This document shows positions 12,094 through 24,699 of a stretch of DNA of 64,000 nt, piece by piece. The stretch comes from Sphyrna mokarran (taxonomy: Eukaryota). The notes beneath the pieces are model-generated. The model was not told where the DNA came from. It worked only from the letters and a program-made list of their open reading frames with translations, and searched no databases. Where the stretch lies: assembly GCA_024679065.1 (NCBI GenBank), contig JAGIQG010000020.1, positions 26,846,001 through 26,910,000 on the forward strand. The letters run 5' to 3'. Positions within the stretch are counted from its first letter, which is position 1. Each line of letters opens with the position of its first letter. A program made the position numbers and the translations under genes.

Positions 12094-13032
12094 AGACTTC
12101 GCCCAGACAGTGATCCAAGCTGGGAATCGAATCTGGGTTCCTGGTACTGTGAGGCAGCAGTGCTAACCCTTGTGCCAGTGTGACACCCAAGTGGCAAGAG
12201 GTGCAAGAGCAGTACTTTTCCACCCCTAACTCTTGTGCTAATGAGCAGAATCTGGTGGCATTTGCCTGTAATGGGATGCTAGGATTTATGTTGTTTGAAA
12301 CTGGCAGGTTAGTCTCTGAAACGTGCTGCAGTAAACACCATGTTCTCACAGGCAGCCCAACATCTGCACAAGCAGGGTGACTGTGTGAAGTCTCTTTAAT
12401 TAAAGAAAAGATATGCAATTTTCGTGGTAACCAGGTGATTGCTTGATTACATTATAATGTAACACCTTTAGGAAATTTTCATCATTCCTTTGCAATTAAT
12501 TCTGACAGTCTGATTTTAAATAGGACGGAATATTGTGAGCAAAGCTTGAACTGTTTCCCGTTCTTTTCTCATTTTGACTTTTGAAAAGTATAGGGAGCAT
12601 TGTGTTTGCAAATGTTCCTGTCCTTCTCCATCCCCCCGCCAAGATCTATTGCCGAATGTTTTATAAATGCAACGAGATGTGTTTAATTGCTCTTCAGGGG
12701 GTTGGTTAGTTACTGCAGGTCTGATGGAATGGGTTGTTTTGATTAGGTGAATTCTGCTAGGATTGTTTTTTTGTGTTGGATCCTCTTGAGGTGGGTGGGT
12801 TGTTCAGCTGTGTTGGGATTTAGAGGAAGGCTGGCTGTATGAATGGCTGCTGATGGAATTGAAATAGATCACTAGTAGAAACTGCATACAAATAAAGGAA
12901 GGCAGCGGATTTTTCTTTTTGAGGTAACTTGAGTGGTTCTGGGTAGGACTAACTGCTGATGCGGAAGTGCTTGATTCTAGTTAGAAAGATGAACACAATT
13001 TGAATACTTGGACTCTGCAGCAGTATACATGA

Positions 13033-13172
13033 ATGTGTTCATGTAAGTGTCACTGTGTGCGCACTTGCGTTGCTCTGTGTGTCAGTGTGTATGCATGTGT
13101 GTATGTGCACACGCTTGCATCGCTGTGTGTGCACATGCATATGCCTGCATTGGTGTTGAGTGTGTGTACATG
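13033..13172. repeat. Degenerate TG/CA-rich low-complexity tract
   Basis: Direct reading. Confidence 0.8.
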
Positions 13173-13377
13173 TACCCAACACCAGTCAAAACCATCTGAG
13201 CAGCGGAGTGGGGGGGAGGAAATACAATTTTCAGATGACAGTTTAATGTCGTGACTAATGAAACAAGTCCAAAAACAATTATTACTTGCTATCCTTGAGG
13301 AAAAGAATAACATGCTGGCTGTGTGTTTGGACTTTAATTTTTGGCTCTGGCATAGGACTACAAAGAACATACATGAA

Positions 13378-13870
13378 ATAACATAGAACATACAACACAG
13401 AAACAGGCCGTTTGATCTCCTTGGTCACTAAGCTTCCTTCTTTCTTTCTGTAATCCATCAACATTCCCCTCTATTTCTTTCTCTCCCACGTGTTTATCTA
13501 TTCTCAACTGAAATGTTCCTAAGCTATTGGCCTCTTACTATTCCCTATTGTAACCACTCTCTGGTTAAAGAAGGTTCTCCTGAGTTCCTTATTGCTGTGT
13601 TAATGACAATTTTATGATAATGAATTGAGGTTTTGCCTTCCTCCACAAGTTGATAAGTCGCTAAGTTATCTTAGTGGATCCTTTCATAATTTAAGGACCT
13701 CCTTCCGGTCCTTTCCCCAGTCTCTTTTTTTTTTAAAAAATATCCCATCCTGTTCAATCTTTCCTGATGGGTACACCTTTCTCTCAGTCCTATCTTGCAA
13801 CTTTACAGATGCCTTGAAAAGACAGCTGTACACAGTATTCTGAGAATAGTTTAGCCAAGGTTCCATACAA
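13378..13870 (-). mobile_element. Decayed CR1 LINE 3' end
   Basis: acatagaacatacaacacagaaacaggcc tail; 'taaccactctctggttaaagaag' (reverse of the FFTQRVV region). Confidence 0.7.
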
Positions 13871-14059
13871 ATTGCTTCTTTTACTAATGGTATCTGACAA
13901 ATGAGTTTCTCTGCAGTATCAGTGTGCAATGTATTGATTTGCTTTATTTCTTCAGCAAAATTAGATTTACAAATAGACACTTGGTAGTACAGAACTTGAG
14001 TATTGCTGAAAAATGGACAGCTGTTGAAGCTTCTTATACTCAACCAGAGCAGTTTGTAA

Positions 14060-14955
14060 GAATTCCAAAGGGAGCAAAACTTTATACTGCATGAGGAGGG
14101 AGTGCTGGTTAGGCAGCAGGTGGACTCTGCATGATAGAGGTATTGTTGTGGAGAATGCACCAGATATCAGTTAACTGCCAAGCTTTTGTTCAAGTTCAAA
14201 CCAGGTAGGTTGAGTCTTGTCAAGGCATTGTCATGGGGAATGAACGGGTATCCCCAAACTTTTGGTTAATTGTAAATGGTGCAATGCATGGACATGCTCC
14301 TGTCTGCAAGGGGCAGAGCCCTGTGTGTGATTATATGTGGCTTCATGCATGTATAAGTGAGCCATTCTGCATCCACTTGCCAACCTCTCTTCATTCAGCA
14401 CGAATTGTTGCTCCCTTAACTATTGGAATTCTTACGCATCTGCTCTGATGAGTGGAAGGTGAAAAGTTTTAGAACATAGAACACTACAGCACAAACAGGC
14501 CCTTCGGCCCACAAGTTGTGCCAAACACATCAAAAACCTACCCAGCCATAGACCTATCTATAACCCCCAATCCCATTGGATCCCATATACTCATCCAGAA
14601 GTCTTTTAAAAGACCCCAGCGAGTTCGCCTCAACCACCAACGACGGCAGCCGATTCCATTCACTCACCACCCTCTGAGTGAAAAACTTTCCCCTAGCATC
14701 CCCTCTGTACTTGCTTCCCTGCACCTTAAATCTGTGCCCTCTCGTCGCGACCATTTCAGCCCTGGGAAATAGTCTCTGAGAGTCCACCCTATCTATTCCT
14801 CTCAACATCTTGTAAACATCTTGTCTATCAGGTCGCCTCTCAACCTTCGTCTCTCCAGGGAGAACAGTCCCAGCTCCCTCAACTTGTCTTCATAAGGCAT
14901 GCCTCCCAATCCAGGCAACATCCTTGTTGACAGATGTCTGTCTTTTTCAGCAAAT
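14060..14955 (+). mobile_element. Penelope-like element remnant with decayed minimal hammerhead ribozyme, split by a CR1 insertion (14470-14927)
   Basis: CTGCT-CTGATGA-GT GGAAG GT-GAAA-AGTTT[insert]T-GACAG; flanks read contiguously once the insert is removed. Left boundary approximate. Confidence 0.55.
14470..14927 (-). mobile_element. 5'-truncated CR1/HER1 LINE, relatively well preserved
   Basis: ORF 14554..14808 [28 protein letters not shown]...GKFFTQRVVSEWNRLP; (AGAACAT)n tail. Confidence 0.93.
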
Positions 14956-15631
14956 TAGGTTTGTGAAATTTTTAAAGGCAGCTGTTGCTGAATCAAAATA
15001 CTTGCCACAGGATGTGTCGGGGTAGTTACATGCACACTGTGCTTGTCTAATTCTTTTCGAACTCCTGGTGTGGACATACCAGGGTTTCCTTCCATGTAGC
15101 TGCACAAAATCACATGCTGTGGATCTAATCATTCTTCTGACATGCGTTCCCTTTTTCATTTCATTTCTACAACTTCAAAACTCTTCCTGCTTCCCAGGCT
15201 TTGAATGTTTTTTTTTAATCTCCCCATTTGTCCTGATTCTTGACTCCAGTTTCTGTGTCTTTGGACAAGGTTCGAGTTATTCTGGAGACTTGGAGATGAG
15301 TGTCAGCATTTCTGTTTGATCTGTGAAGATGTGCTCTGGCATTTCCTATCTGAAGGGTGATTCATTGGATTACACCCCCATCGACCAACCCAAGTGCATT
15401 GAGCCAATTGTAGCAATTCTGATCAAGTCAGTGCCATTGGAGGACGCTGAGGGCGGAATTCTCCCAAACTGTTGGCAGTGGGGGGAGGGAGGGTTTATTC
15501 GTGGCTGGGCCCAGAGAATCAGATAGGGGCCAAAGAGTTGAAAACCCACCGTCATAAAATCACGTTGCAGTTCTCCCAGTGACAGGTGAATGGTGGTCAA
15601 TCTTCCCACTGGTTGGTGGTGTGAATGCCCT

Positions 15632-15897
15632 TGGATAGAATGGTTAGCACTGCTACCTCTCAGCACCAGGAACCCGGGTTCGATTCCCGGTTTAGGTCAC
15701 TGTCGTGTAGAGTCTGAATGTTTCCCTGTGTCTGTTTGGGTTTCCTCTTGATGCTTCGGCTTCCTCCCACAGTCTAAAAACATGCTGATTAGGTGCATTG
15801 ACCCATACAGATGCCGGAGTATGGCGACTAGAGGAATTTCACAGTAACTTCATTGCAGTGTTAATGTAAGTCTTACTAATAAACAAATAAACTTTTA
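15632..15897 (+). mobile_element. Type-B-tail SINE nested in the Harbinger element
   Basis: tggttagcactgctacctctcagcaccaggaacccgggttcgattcccgg ... acagtaacttcattgcagtgttaatgtaag...aataaacttt. Confidence 0.88.
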
Positions 15898-16919
15898 AAT
15901 ATCTGCATTAAAGCAGCTGCTCGGCAACATCCTGTCAGGTCTTCCAGTCTTGCATTATGCCAGTGGGAAATTATGTCAGTGTCAAACCCTATTGATAAAG
16001 AGCAGCGCACTCAAGGCAGCTCTCAGTTCGCTGGTGACTTCAAGCTCAGCCTCTCTATCAACTTGTTGTACAGCAGAAGCCGGGGCCGACCAGTTCCTGT
16101 CTCCATCTCCATGCCGAGCTGCTCTTTGTCAGACCAATACTGACCCTGGGATTGGGGAGTTCAGGGGTCTCCTTTACCCTCCCGGTGTCACGCACCTTGT
16201 CTATCTGGACAGCACTGTGCAGTGAACCTGTGCAACACTGCAACAAGGTCTGAAGTCTGACTGAGGCTGGAGTGTGAGGTGAGGGAGGGGAGTTTGGTGT
16301 AACATGATGAAGACAAAGGGGGCAGTGTGGAAGGAGGGCTGTACAAGGTACAGGGTGGGACAGGGAACAGGCAGAGGACCAAGGAGGTGGATGAATAGTG
16401 GAAGGCTGAGGGATGACCAAAGGGAAAGAAACTGGACCCAGACAAACTTGCAGTGGAAAGCTCACAAACAAGGGGGAGGGGCATCAGATGGATAGTTTGT
16501 TTGCCAGTGTAATGGGGTGAATGCAGATTATGGGCTGGTGGTGCCCTGTTACTGTGGTACATTAGAGAAGGTTCACACAAACATTGAACAGGTTGGGACT
16601 GAAGTGATTTGGAAAGGTCTCTGTTCTCATCTCTAAAGAGGACAACAATGTCAAGGGTTCTGTTCAGGGACTGGCAGACAGAGGTCAGTGCAGACACTCC
16701 TGCTGTAATATGGGAAGGAGTTACTGATGATACGCAATCCAAGGGCTATGTGGACCTCACAATCTGAAGTCAGAAGCATAGGAGGAATGTTAACAGGTCT
16801 CTGGTGCTTCTCCTGGCAATTTATACTCGTATGTTGATGCCATTTCAGTGGACAGCGTCCAGGTTAATTACACAGGACACAGCCCCCATTGCCCTGGAAC
16901 AATAGCAAGCCAGGTTTCT

Positions 16920-16978
16920 AAATTTGTGTTTTTGGCAAGGCGCAGATAATAAATTTGTGTTTTTGGCGAGGCGCAGAC
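16920..16978. repeat. Two-copy tandem duplication of ~30 bp
   Basis: aaatttgtgtttttggcaaggcgcaga / aaatttgtgtttttggcgaggcgcaga. Confidence 0.9.
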
Positions 16979-17589
16979 CTTGTGTCAAAATTAGAAAAGC
17001 TACAAAGTGTAAGACAGTAATGTAACCTTGCAGAGTGAAGAGGACACAGCTGTATTAATTGTGATTTCCCATCTGGAGTGTCATGGGTTAATAATTAAGG
17101 CCATTCATCAGTAGCCAAACAATTCCATTTATTCGTTCTGTACAAATGAGTAATGCCAAGCCAATGAGTGGAGGTTAGAGCCACATGGTTTAATGAGGTA
17201 ATTCGCAAGTTCTCAGCCCCCACAGACTTCCCAGTTGTAACATCAGTGGAATGGAATGCTATTCCCTCCCCATATGTGCCAGAATCCCAGGGACAAGGTG
17301 GCATGAGGACAATGCAATCTAAAGCTTAGCTGCTCAATTTCCCCTAGAGTCCTGTCATTCACACCTTTGTACTCAGCACCCTTTGCCCATTTTGGTCTTC
17401 AATATCTCTTTCCAAAGAGGAGGAAAATGTGAGAATGGATCCTGTGGTCCAGGAAACTTTTATATGCTTCCTCATCTGAAGCAGGAGATGAAGGAGGGAA
17501 GGGTATGTTCTAACCCAGCAGGAGGCTCTGCCTTGGGGATAAAATCAGAGGGAGCATCAACTGGAGGTTGAGGAGCAGAGGCTCAGACT

Positions 17590-18075
17590 GTGGAGATGAT
17601 TAGCAACACCAAGGAGTCTACCATTGAGTGGCAGTGCAGAGCAATGTGGACTGTCACAGGTCTCAATGAAGATCTGATCCTGGGTGATTTTGGGGGCTTC
17701 CTCCTGCCCTTGTCCTTGAAGGTGATGGTAGCTAAGTTTCTTTGCTTTTGGGTCTTTTCAGGAAGTGACTGGGGATCGTGTGACATTTCAGAGTCAGCAA
17801 CACATCGGTGCATTCAGGAGGTGACCACTGCCCTTCACAGGAGGGCTGAGTATTATGTAAACTTTTGTGCTGGGGGAGGATAGCCAGTCTCAGCTTTGCA
17901 GCTGTTTCTGGGTTTTGAAGAGTGCATGGAGCAGTCGGTTGCCCCCACAGGCAGCAGCCTTTGAAGTTCATCAACCGCAAGGGCCCTCACTTTGTGAACG
18001 TGCAGTTGCTGTGCGACCACTGAAGGCACATCCTTCAGGTTTGTGCATGGTTACCCGTGAATTGCCATGATTCCA
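17590..18075 (+). pseudogene. Harbinger (HARBI1-like DDE) transposase pseudogene fragment, frameshifted
   Basis: LPLSLKVMVA..., CDISESATHRCIQEVTTALHRRAEYYVNF and downstream FINRKGPHFVNVQLLCDH match Harbinger transposase motifs (GISQS..HRCI; NRKG.HS.NVQ..CD). Confidence 0.85.
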
Positions 18076-18713
18076 CATCCTTAGTAACTCCCAGGGATTC
18101 TATGGTTCTATTCTGCACAGTCTGGTAAAGACAGATGGGGCAGGAGAGAGTGTTGTCATATGTATTGTGTACTGGTATTTAGATTTGGTGCCAAGAACTT
18201 TGGACCCACCAGCTTAGGGTGGGTGGATGAATCAACTGCGAAACACTCCCCGCCCCCGCCCCCAACAGAGTTGGAGGGAAACTCACCTGTGCGTAGTTAA
18301 TGAAGTTCCAGGAGCAGGAATTCTGGCTAGTGGCAATGCTGCTGCCAAACCCACCCACTATCATACTTAGCCTCAAGATGTAATTCCACCCTGGATCTTA
18401 AGATCTGTGTGTTCGGTTGTACGCTGCTTTTCCCAAATGTGGATCAGTGAATAGTTGTCTAACATTTTAATTTAGGCCAGCTTTCTTCAGTGGCCTGCAC
18501 TATGGGTGAGACTATTGAGAGGGCGAGCTTGCAGCAGGGTTACTGGAGTAATGAGAGAAACCAGTTCCCACTGTATTCACTGAGAAGATCTGCAAGTACA
18601 AGCTACCAAGAGGTTGCACAGACAGTATGTGTGTGGGTGCTTCCTGTGCCTGGATATCCTGGCCTTGGTCTTGGCATTGCCCTCAGAAACATGCATTATT
18701 TTTCGTAATAGTT

Positions 18714-18775
18714 TTAAAGTTTATTTGTGTCACAAGTGGCTTATGTTAACACTGCAATGAAGTTACTGTGAAAAT
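18714..18775 (-). mobile_element. Isolated type-B SINE tail
   Basis: ttaaagtttatttgtgtcacaagtggcttatgttaacactgcaatgaagttactgtgaaaat. Confidence 0.75.
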
Positions 18776-18984
18776 GCACTGGCTAACATCCTGGAACGAT
18801 CAGCTCTTCTGCTGCGGAGTGATGGGGAGAAATCTGGCACTAGATGTTTCCATACTTCACCCTGTTTTGGGAGAAGATCCATTGTTCTCCTGCTTCCACG
18901 TTCTTGAGTTGAAAGCTGGAGTCCGATGTTTTTGCTGAGTGCACCCTTTCACTCAGTACAATCACCTCTTGTACAAACTTGGAC

Positions 18985-19228
18985 AAAGAAATAACAGGGA
19001 TCCAGGTCGTTGTCAGAAAGTGCTGGAAGGTCTCAGCAGGTTTGATAACAACTTTGGAGAGGGAATAGAGCCCAAGTTAGATTCAAAACGTTGGCTCTGT
19101 TCTCTCCACAGATTCAGACACGAAACGTTGGCGTTATTCTTCCCTCAGAGGCTGACAGACCTGCTGAGATTTTCCTGCATTTTCTGTTTTTGTTTCAGGT
19201 TCCAGCATCCGCAGTCATTAGCTTTTAT
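18985..19228. mobile_element. Palindromic Penelope-like shark repeat
   Basis: agaaagtgctggaaggtctcagcaggt ... gacctgctgagattttcctgcattttctg inverted arms; same family at 41985, 61715 and 62915. Confidence 0.7.
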
Positions 19229-20379
19229 CCAGATCATTGTGCTTCTGTAAGTAAAGCAAGCAGCCTTCTCCTGATGCCAGGATTGTAGAGCCCTACTTCT
19301 GCATTATGCAGAGAGTCCAAGAACATGGCCTTATTTCTGTGAAGTAGGCAGCTGACTAACTTGTATCTCCGCAGCTATACGTCTGTACTGTAAAAGATTG
19401 AAACAGATTTGTGGCTCTCTCTACTTACTTGTTTGTGTTCTGTAGGTAATGTTCTTGCAGTTGGATTTTAAAAAGAAACGATTGAAATGCTAACAGTGAA
19501 CTGTTCCTAGTGAACTAGGAATGAATTTGAAATTCCGCAAGTGGAATTCAGATGCTGGAGTGTAAGAGTGTTTAATCGCTTCTCTATGGCAATTCCTATT
19601 CTTGCATCTTTTAATTTAATTGAGCTCACATTTTTGGGTGACTTCCATTTACTGACAGTAACTGCCAGGAGAATCTTAGGCAGCCCGAACTGAAGGGGCA
19701 ATTAAAGTCGCTAATACAGAGAGGAAATGCTACTGATGTGTTTGGTTTCTCTTCTAAACAAACAGGGAAATTTTGCCTTTAAACAAACCCTACCTTTGAA
19801 TTAAATTCCTGCCAGTTTAATGGAATACGTGATCGTGTAGCTTAATGAGAGCAGGCACTAATATATGCAGAGTCACAGTGCAGGCTGTCGGGATGTCGTG
19901 AACCCCTTTTCCTCCAGAGACGTGTTGGATCATGATATTGGCTGTAACCCACTGTGATCTGGGTCCAATATAAATCCATCAGCCTACTGATATTCTGCTC
20001 GGGCCGTTGAGTAATTTACAGTTTTCCAGTTTCCCTGACCAAGGTCAGCGGGGTTCAGGGGTTAATAACAGGTTTGGTTTTCACTGTCAGCTCCTGACTT
20101 GATAACATATGAATGAATCCTATTCTGTTGATTAGAATTTGAGGAGGATCAATTTTTAATCAGCAGAACATCTTACTCATCAATAAGCGAGAACTGCATG
20201 CCCAGGCTGGACTTTTACTTTAGTTGGACAAGTTTTTTTTCTCTGTTTAGGGAAATTGCTGGCACAAAGCCAGTGCTGCACAAACATTGGACACATGTAT
20301 GAGAATTGATTTGCTTTAAGGTTTTTTATTTGGTACATTGACCATTTTACTCCAGATAATTAACTCGATCGAGAAATAA

Positions 20380-21000
20380 GAACTTGCATTTATGTAGCAG
20401 TTTTTCATGGCCACAGGATGTCCCAAAGCATTTTGTGAAATGCTTTTTGGGGATAGTGATGGTCATTATGTTGTCATTTTGGAAACTCGACTGCCAATTT
20501 CTGCACAGCAAGCTCCCAAAAACAGCAATGAAATAACAACCAGGTCATCTGCTTTGATGATATAAAGCTTATTTATTAAGGGCAAGTAAAACTTACATTA
20601 ACATTGCAATGAAGTTACTGTGAAATTCCCCTAGTCGCCACACCATGGCACCTGTTCAGGCCAGGGCACCTACCAAGCATGTCTTTCAGACTGTGGGAGG
20701 AAACCGGAGCATCCGCAGGAAACCTACGCAGACACGGGAAAAACGTGCAGATTCCGCACAGTGACCCAAGCTGGGAATTGAAGCTGGGTCCCTGGACCTG
20801 TGAGGTATCAGTGCAAACCACTGTGCTACCATATTAGTTAAACAATAAATGTTGGGCGATGAGGGGGGAGGGAGTTTCCCCGTTTTGAAACAGTGGGCTT
20901 GGAATTTATTATGCCAACTCAAAGAGGTAGGTGGGGCTTCTGTTGAATGTCCTATTGGAAAGACAGCAGCTCCAACAACACACTGCACTGGAGTCTCAGG
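20380..21000 (-). mobile_element. Deu-domain (SacSINE1-like) ancient SINE, split by a type-B SINE
   Basis: ttgcatttatgtagc...caggatgtcccaaagc...tgcacagcaagctcccaaaaacagcaatg; resumes at ...gaaagacagcagctccaaca...cactgcactggagt. Confidence 0.7.
20564..20831 (-). mobile_element. Type-B-tail SINE
   Basis: Same tail and head as 9674-9913. Confidence 0.88.
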
Positions 21001-21008
21001 GTAAGCTT

Positions 21009-21436
21009 TATTTTATTCATTAGTGGGAAGTGCGTATTGCTGGTTAGGCTAGCATTTATTGCCCTCCTAATTGTTGCATGTGTGGTAGATACACCCACTG
21101 TTCTGTTGGGGAGAGGGTTCCAAGATTTTGACCCAGCGACAGTGAGGGAAGATATAATTCAAAATCAGGATGGTGTGTGGCTTGGAGGGGAGCTTGTAGG
21201 TGGGGATGTTCCCATGTGTCTGCTGCCTGTGTCCTTCCAGATAGTAGTGGTCATGGGTTTAGAAGGTGCTGTGTCAGAGGCTTGTAGTTTCCTGCAGTGT
21301 ATTTTGTCGGTGGAGAAGAGAGTGAATGTTTGTGTAAGGGTGCCAATCGAGCAGGCTGCTTTGTCCTGGATTGTGGAGAGCTGCTTGAATGTTATTGGAG
21401 CTGCAGTCATCCAGGCAAGTGCAGAGTATTCCCTCA
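21009..21436 (-). mobile_element. CR1-group LINE 3' end (second family, sharing its tail with the 44522-type SINE)
   Basis: EYSALAWMTAAPITFKQLSTIQDKAACSIG; tail gcatttattgccc...ttcattc in reverse. Confidence 0.8.
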
Positions 21437-22151
21437 TATAAGATTTGACATGATATGTCTTAAATGAACACAGTTTAAGTCACTAATGTATGTAAGCAGC
21501 CTCAACATCTTTAGGGCCATTCATAGCTTATTTCTGTACATGAATGGTTTGCAACTCTAAGGTGTGACTGTCGAGTACCTTGGCAGCTTTCTTGTGCAGT
21601 CCTGTCTATGTTAATATGCAGGTGGAGAATGCCATTCTGTTAAGTAGCCTGGCACTTAGTTTTCAATGTACAACCTGGCAAAGCACACTTAGTTTACACA
21701 CAGACACAGCCCAATGATGTACGGAGCAAGGCTCTTGCATGCTGACTGTAGGGATCTGGTTGACACTCAAAATCCTACAGAGTTTGTTTACTGTATCGTT
21801 CAGTAGAGCAGCCGTGCCACTTATGCCGACCTTCATTGCACTGCAGCCAACATGAGTCATTGTCACAGTGGCCTTAATGCTGTACTAAATAGCAAACGGT
21901 GAGTTAGCCAAGAGATATGGATCATTGCAGCAGACCCCAGTGGGTGGTGAGATGGCTGCTGGTACCTCCTGTTATATATAAATTGTCTTATATTAGTGTG
22001 TATCTGACTAACTTCAGATGTCACACTTCAAAGCTGCATAAGTTTTAAAGAAAGTGAACGATTTTCTTGCTGGTTTTCTTGCTCCATTTTCCAGGCCAGA
22101 GATCAGGGTTTACAAGCAACCATAATCTACAGGAACGTCACCCAACTGTTA

Positions 22152-22676
22152 CATAGCACACAGAACAATACAACACAGGAATAGGCCCTTCAGCCCACAG
22201 TGTTGTGCCAAACATGATGTCAAATTAAACTAATCCCTTCTGCTTGTCCTTGGTCCATTTCCCTCTATTCCTGCATTATCATATGCTTATCTAAAAGCTC
22301 CTTATGCATCCCTATTGTATCTCGCTGCACCATCATCCCTGGCATTGTGTTGCAGATACTTATAACTCTCTGTTTAAAACAAAATCTTGCCCCTCATATC
22401 TCCTTTGAACTTTCTCCCTCTCACCTTAAGTGCATGTCCCCTACTATTAGACATTTCAACTCAGGGTTGATAGTCAGAATCTTTTTCCCAATCTATGCCT
22501 CTCATAATTTTATGGACTTCTATCAGACCTCCCCTCTGCTGCTCCAGAGAAAACAATCCTAGTTTGTCTAGCCTCTTTTTATAGTTTATACCCTTTTAAC
22601 CTAGGCAGTATCCTGGTAAACCTCTCTTGTAGCCCCTCCAAAGCCTCCACATCCTTCCTGTAATATGGCGACCAGA
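22152..22676 (-). mobile_element. CR1/HER1 LINE 3' fragment
   Basis: WSPYYRKDVEALEGLQERFTRILP; tail cacaggaataggcccttcagcccac. Confidence 0.88.
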
Positions 22677-23074
22677 CCCACCAATATCCGCGCACAAATT
22701 CTCTGCTCCTCTGTTGCCTTCTTGTGACATCCTCTGTCACTCCGTTCATTGATGGATGAGTCCTTAAGCTCCTAGGTCCCAACTGCAGAATTTACTTCCT
22801 ATTGGCTTGTAACTGACCTCACAATATACCTATTTAGACCACTGTCCTCAGGTAGTGTGCAAATAGTGGGCACAAAGTCACTTCTCAGTAAAACAACGCT
22901 CTGTTTTAACAACTCATTGTCACAATGCTGCACCAGAGCCTGGTATCTGTGTGCAGCGTCTCAAGAATTATTCACAAAGTGTCCAAGGAAATAAACTTCA
23001 GGGAGATTGGGGGAATGCCAGGAGACATTGTTAATCATTGACCCATAGCATCTCTTAATATCAAAAGAATTGTC

Positions 23075-23790
23075 CCGTGTGCTTCACTGAGTAAATCCAC
23101 AAATGGATGCTGAGCTGAAGAGATATTAAGAGGTGGTGACCAATGAGGATGGAGATGGTGGAAGAGTTTAGGGAAGAAATTCTGCAGTTTGAGACCCAGG
23201 TGTCTAAAGGCAGATCCGTCAAAGGGCAGAGGGAGGGAGGGAGGATGCACGAGAAGGCAATAGAGGACCAGAGAATTGGGTGTTGGAGGTTGGCGATAAG
23301 AAGGAGTAAGGCTATTGGAAGGATTTAAGCCTGGGGATGAGAATTTTAAAATTGAGATATTGTGTTCTGGGAACCAATGTCTGTCGTGAAAACAGGAATG
23401 ATGGACAAAGTGGGACAGGAGGTGAGCAGTAGAGTTTTGTATGCGCTGGGGTTAAGAAGCACTAGAATAACCAAGTCTGGACCTGACAAAGGTTTGAGTG
23501 AAGTTTCAGTGGTAGATGGAGTGAAGGAGGCAGGCAACGTTGGGAGTGTGAAAGGAAGCAGTCTGGGTGATGGAAAGGTTATGTTGGAAACGCAACTTGG
23601 CATTGAATAGAATGCTGAGGTTGAAAATGGTCTGGTTCAAACTGAGACAAGGGCCGAAGATTGTGTTGGGAGAGAGGACTTGATGGTAGGGGCATGAGTT
23701 AGTGATGAGGGCTGGAGCTGATGGCTTTGATCTTCTCAATATTTAATCAGAAACTATTCTGGCTTATCCAGGATTCTTGGAAAGGTTTAT
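23075..23790 (-). mobile_element. Decayed L2-type LINE 3' region
   Basis: gagtttagggaagaaattctgcagtttgagacccagg and related purine-rich reverse L2 sequence. Confidence 0.6.
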
Positions 23791-23844
23791 CTGATTAATA
23801 GACTATGGAAAGGTTAGGGAGGACAAAGAGGGGTAAAGATCAAT

Positions 23845-24600
23845 AATAGCTTGCATTTATTTAGCATGTTTTAAAGTATGAAAAAGTCTGAAGATGATTC
23901 ACAAGTGCATTATCAAACAAAATTTGATGTTGGGTCACATCAGGACAGGACTTGATCAGAGAAATAGGTTTTAAGGAGCGCCTTAAAATGTGGGGGATTC
24001 GAGAGCTATGCAGCCTAGGCTGCTGTATGGCCACTAGCAATGGAGCAGTTCAAAGCAGTAATGTGCGAGAGGTCTGAATTGGAGGGATGCACAACTGCTG
24101 AGGGTTGTTGCGACCAGGAATCAAATTTTAAAATTGAGGCATTGCTGGGCCACAGTGTCAGTAAGGGAGTATGTGAATGGAATTTAGTGCAAGTTAGGGC
24201 AGAAATCTGAATGTTTAAAGTTGACGGAGAGTGGGAGGTCTGAGTACTGTAGGATAATCCAGTCTGGAGGTAACAGCTCAGCTGAGGTTTGGTGATGACA
24301 CAGGTATGGGGTCGGGTGCTCATCTCATGGTCAGATAAGATGCTGTGTTTGTGAATAATCTGGTTCAGTCTGAGTGGCCAGGGAAGGAGTAGGAGTTGGT
24401 GTAGAAGATGAAGATTTTTTGTTGTGGGGAGAGGGGTGGGGGGATGGCTGAAGACAGTGGCTTCAGTCTTCACAATTTAACTGGAGGAAGGTTTTGCTCA
24501 TTGAGGATTTAATGTTGGACAAGCATTGTGACAAATCGGAGACAGTGGAGGGGTTGAGAGGTAGTGTGGAGATATGAAGCTGGCTTTGTCAGCACCCACC
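23845..24600 (-). mobile_element. Decayed L2-type LINE (RT C-terminal half to tail)
   Basis: Tail ttgcatttatttagc; KTEATVF motif; reverse YADD-like 'gaagctggctttgtcagca' near 24580. Confidence 0.7.
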
Positions 24601-24699
24601 ATTAATTCATATCTACACAATTGATTCCTCCCATACCCCCACCACAATGACCCCTGGTTTGCTTTCAAGTAATATGGCTGAGTGTTGCATGTAAGGGAG

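Larger units (their letters stand above)
11511..12188 (-). mobile_element. Type-B-tail SINE interrupted by two nested insertions
   Basis: Tail 11511-11615, continuation 'acgctgagggagaatgtagtatagcca' at ~11948-11974, head ~12094-12188. Confidence 0.75.
15451..18287 (+). mobile_element. Decayed PIF/Harbinger DNA transposon
   Basis: Imperfect terminal inverted repeats (gggcggaattctcccaaactgttggcagtgggg / ccccgcccccaacagagttggagggaaactcacc), TGA/TGT flanks, internal transposase remnant. Confidence 0.6.

Noticed and set aside
16058-16742. Long minus-strand ORFs (137 and 184 aa)
   Set aside because: They lie inside the decayed Harbinger element, are low-complexity and show no recognisable intact domain.
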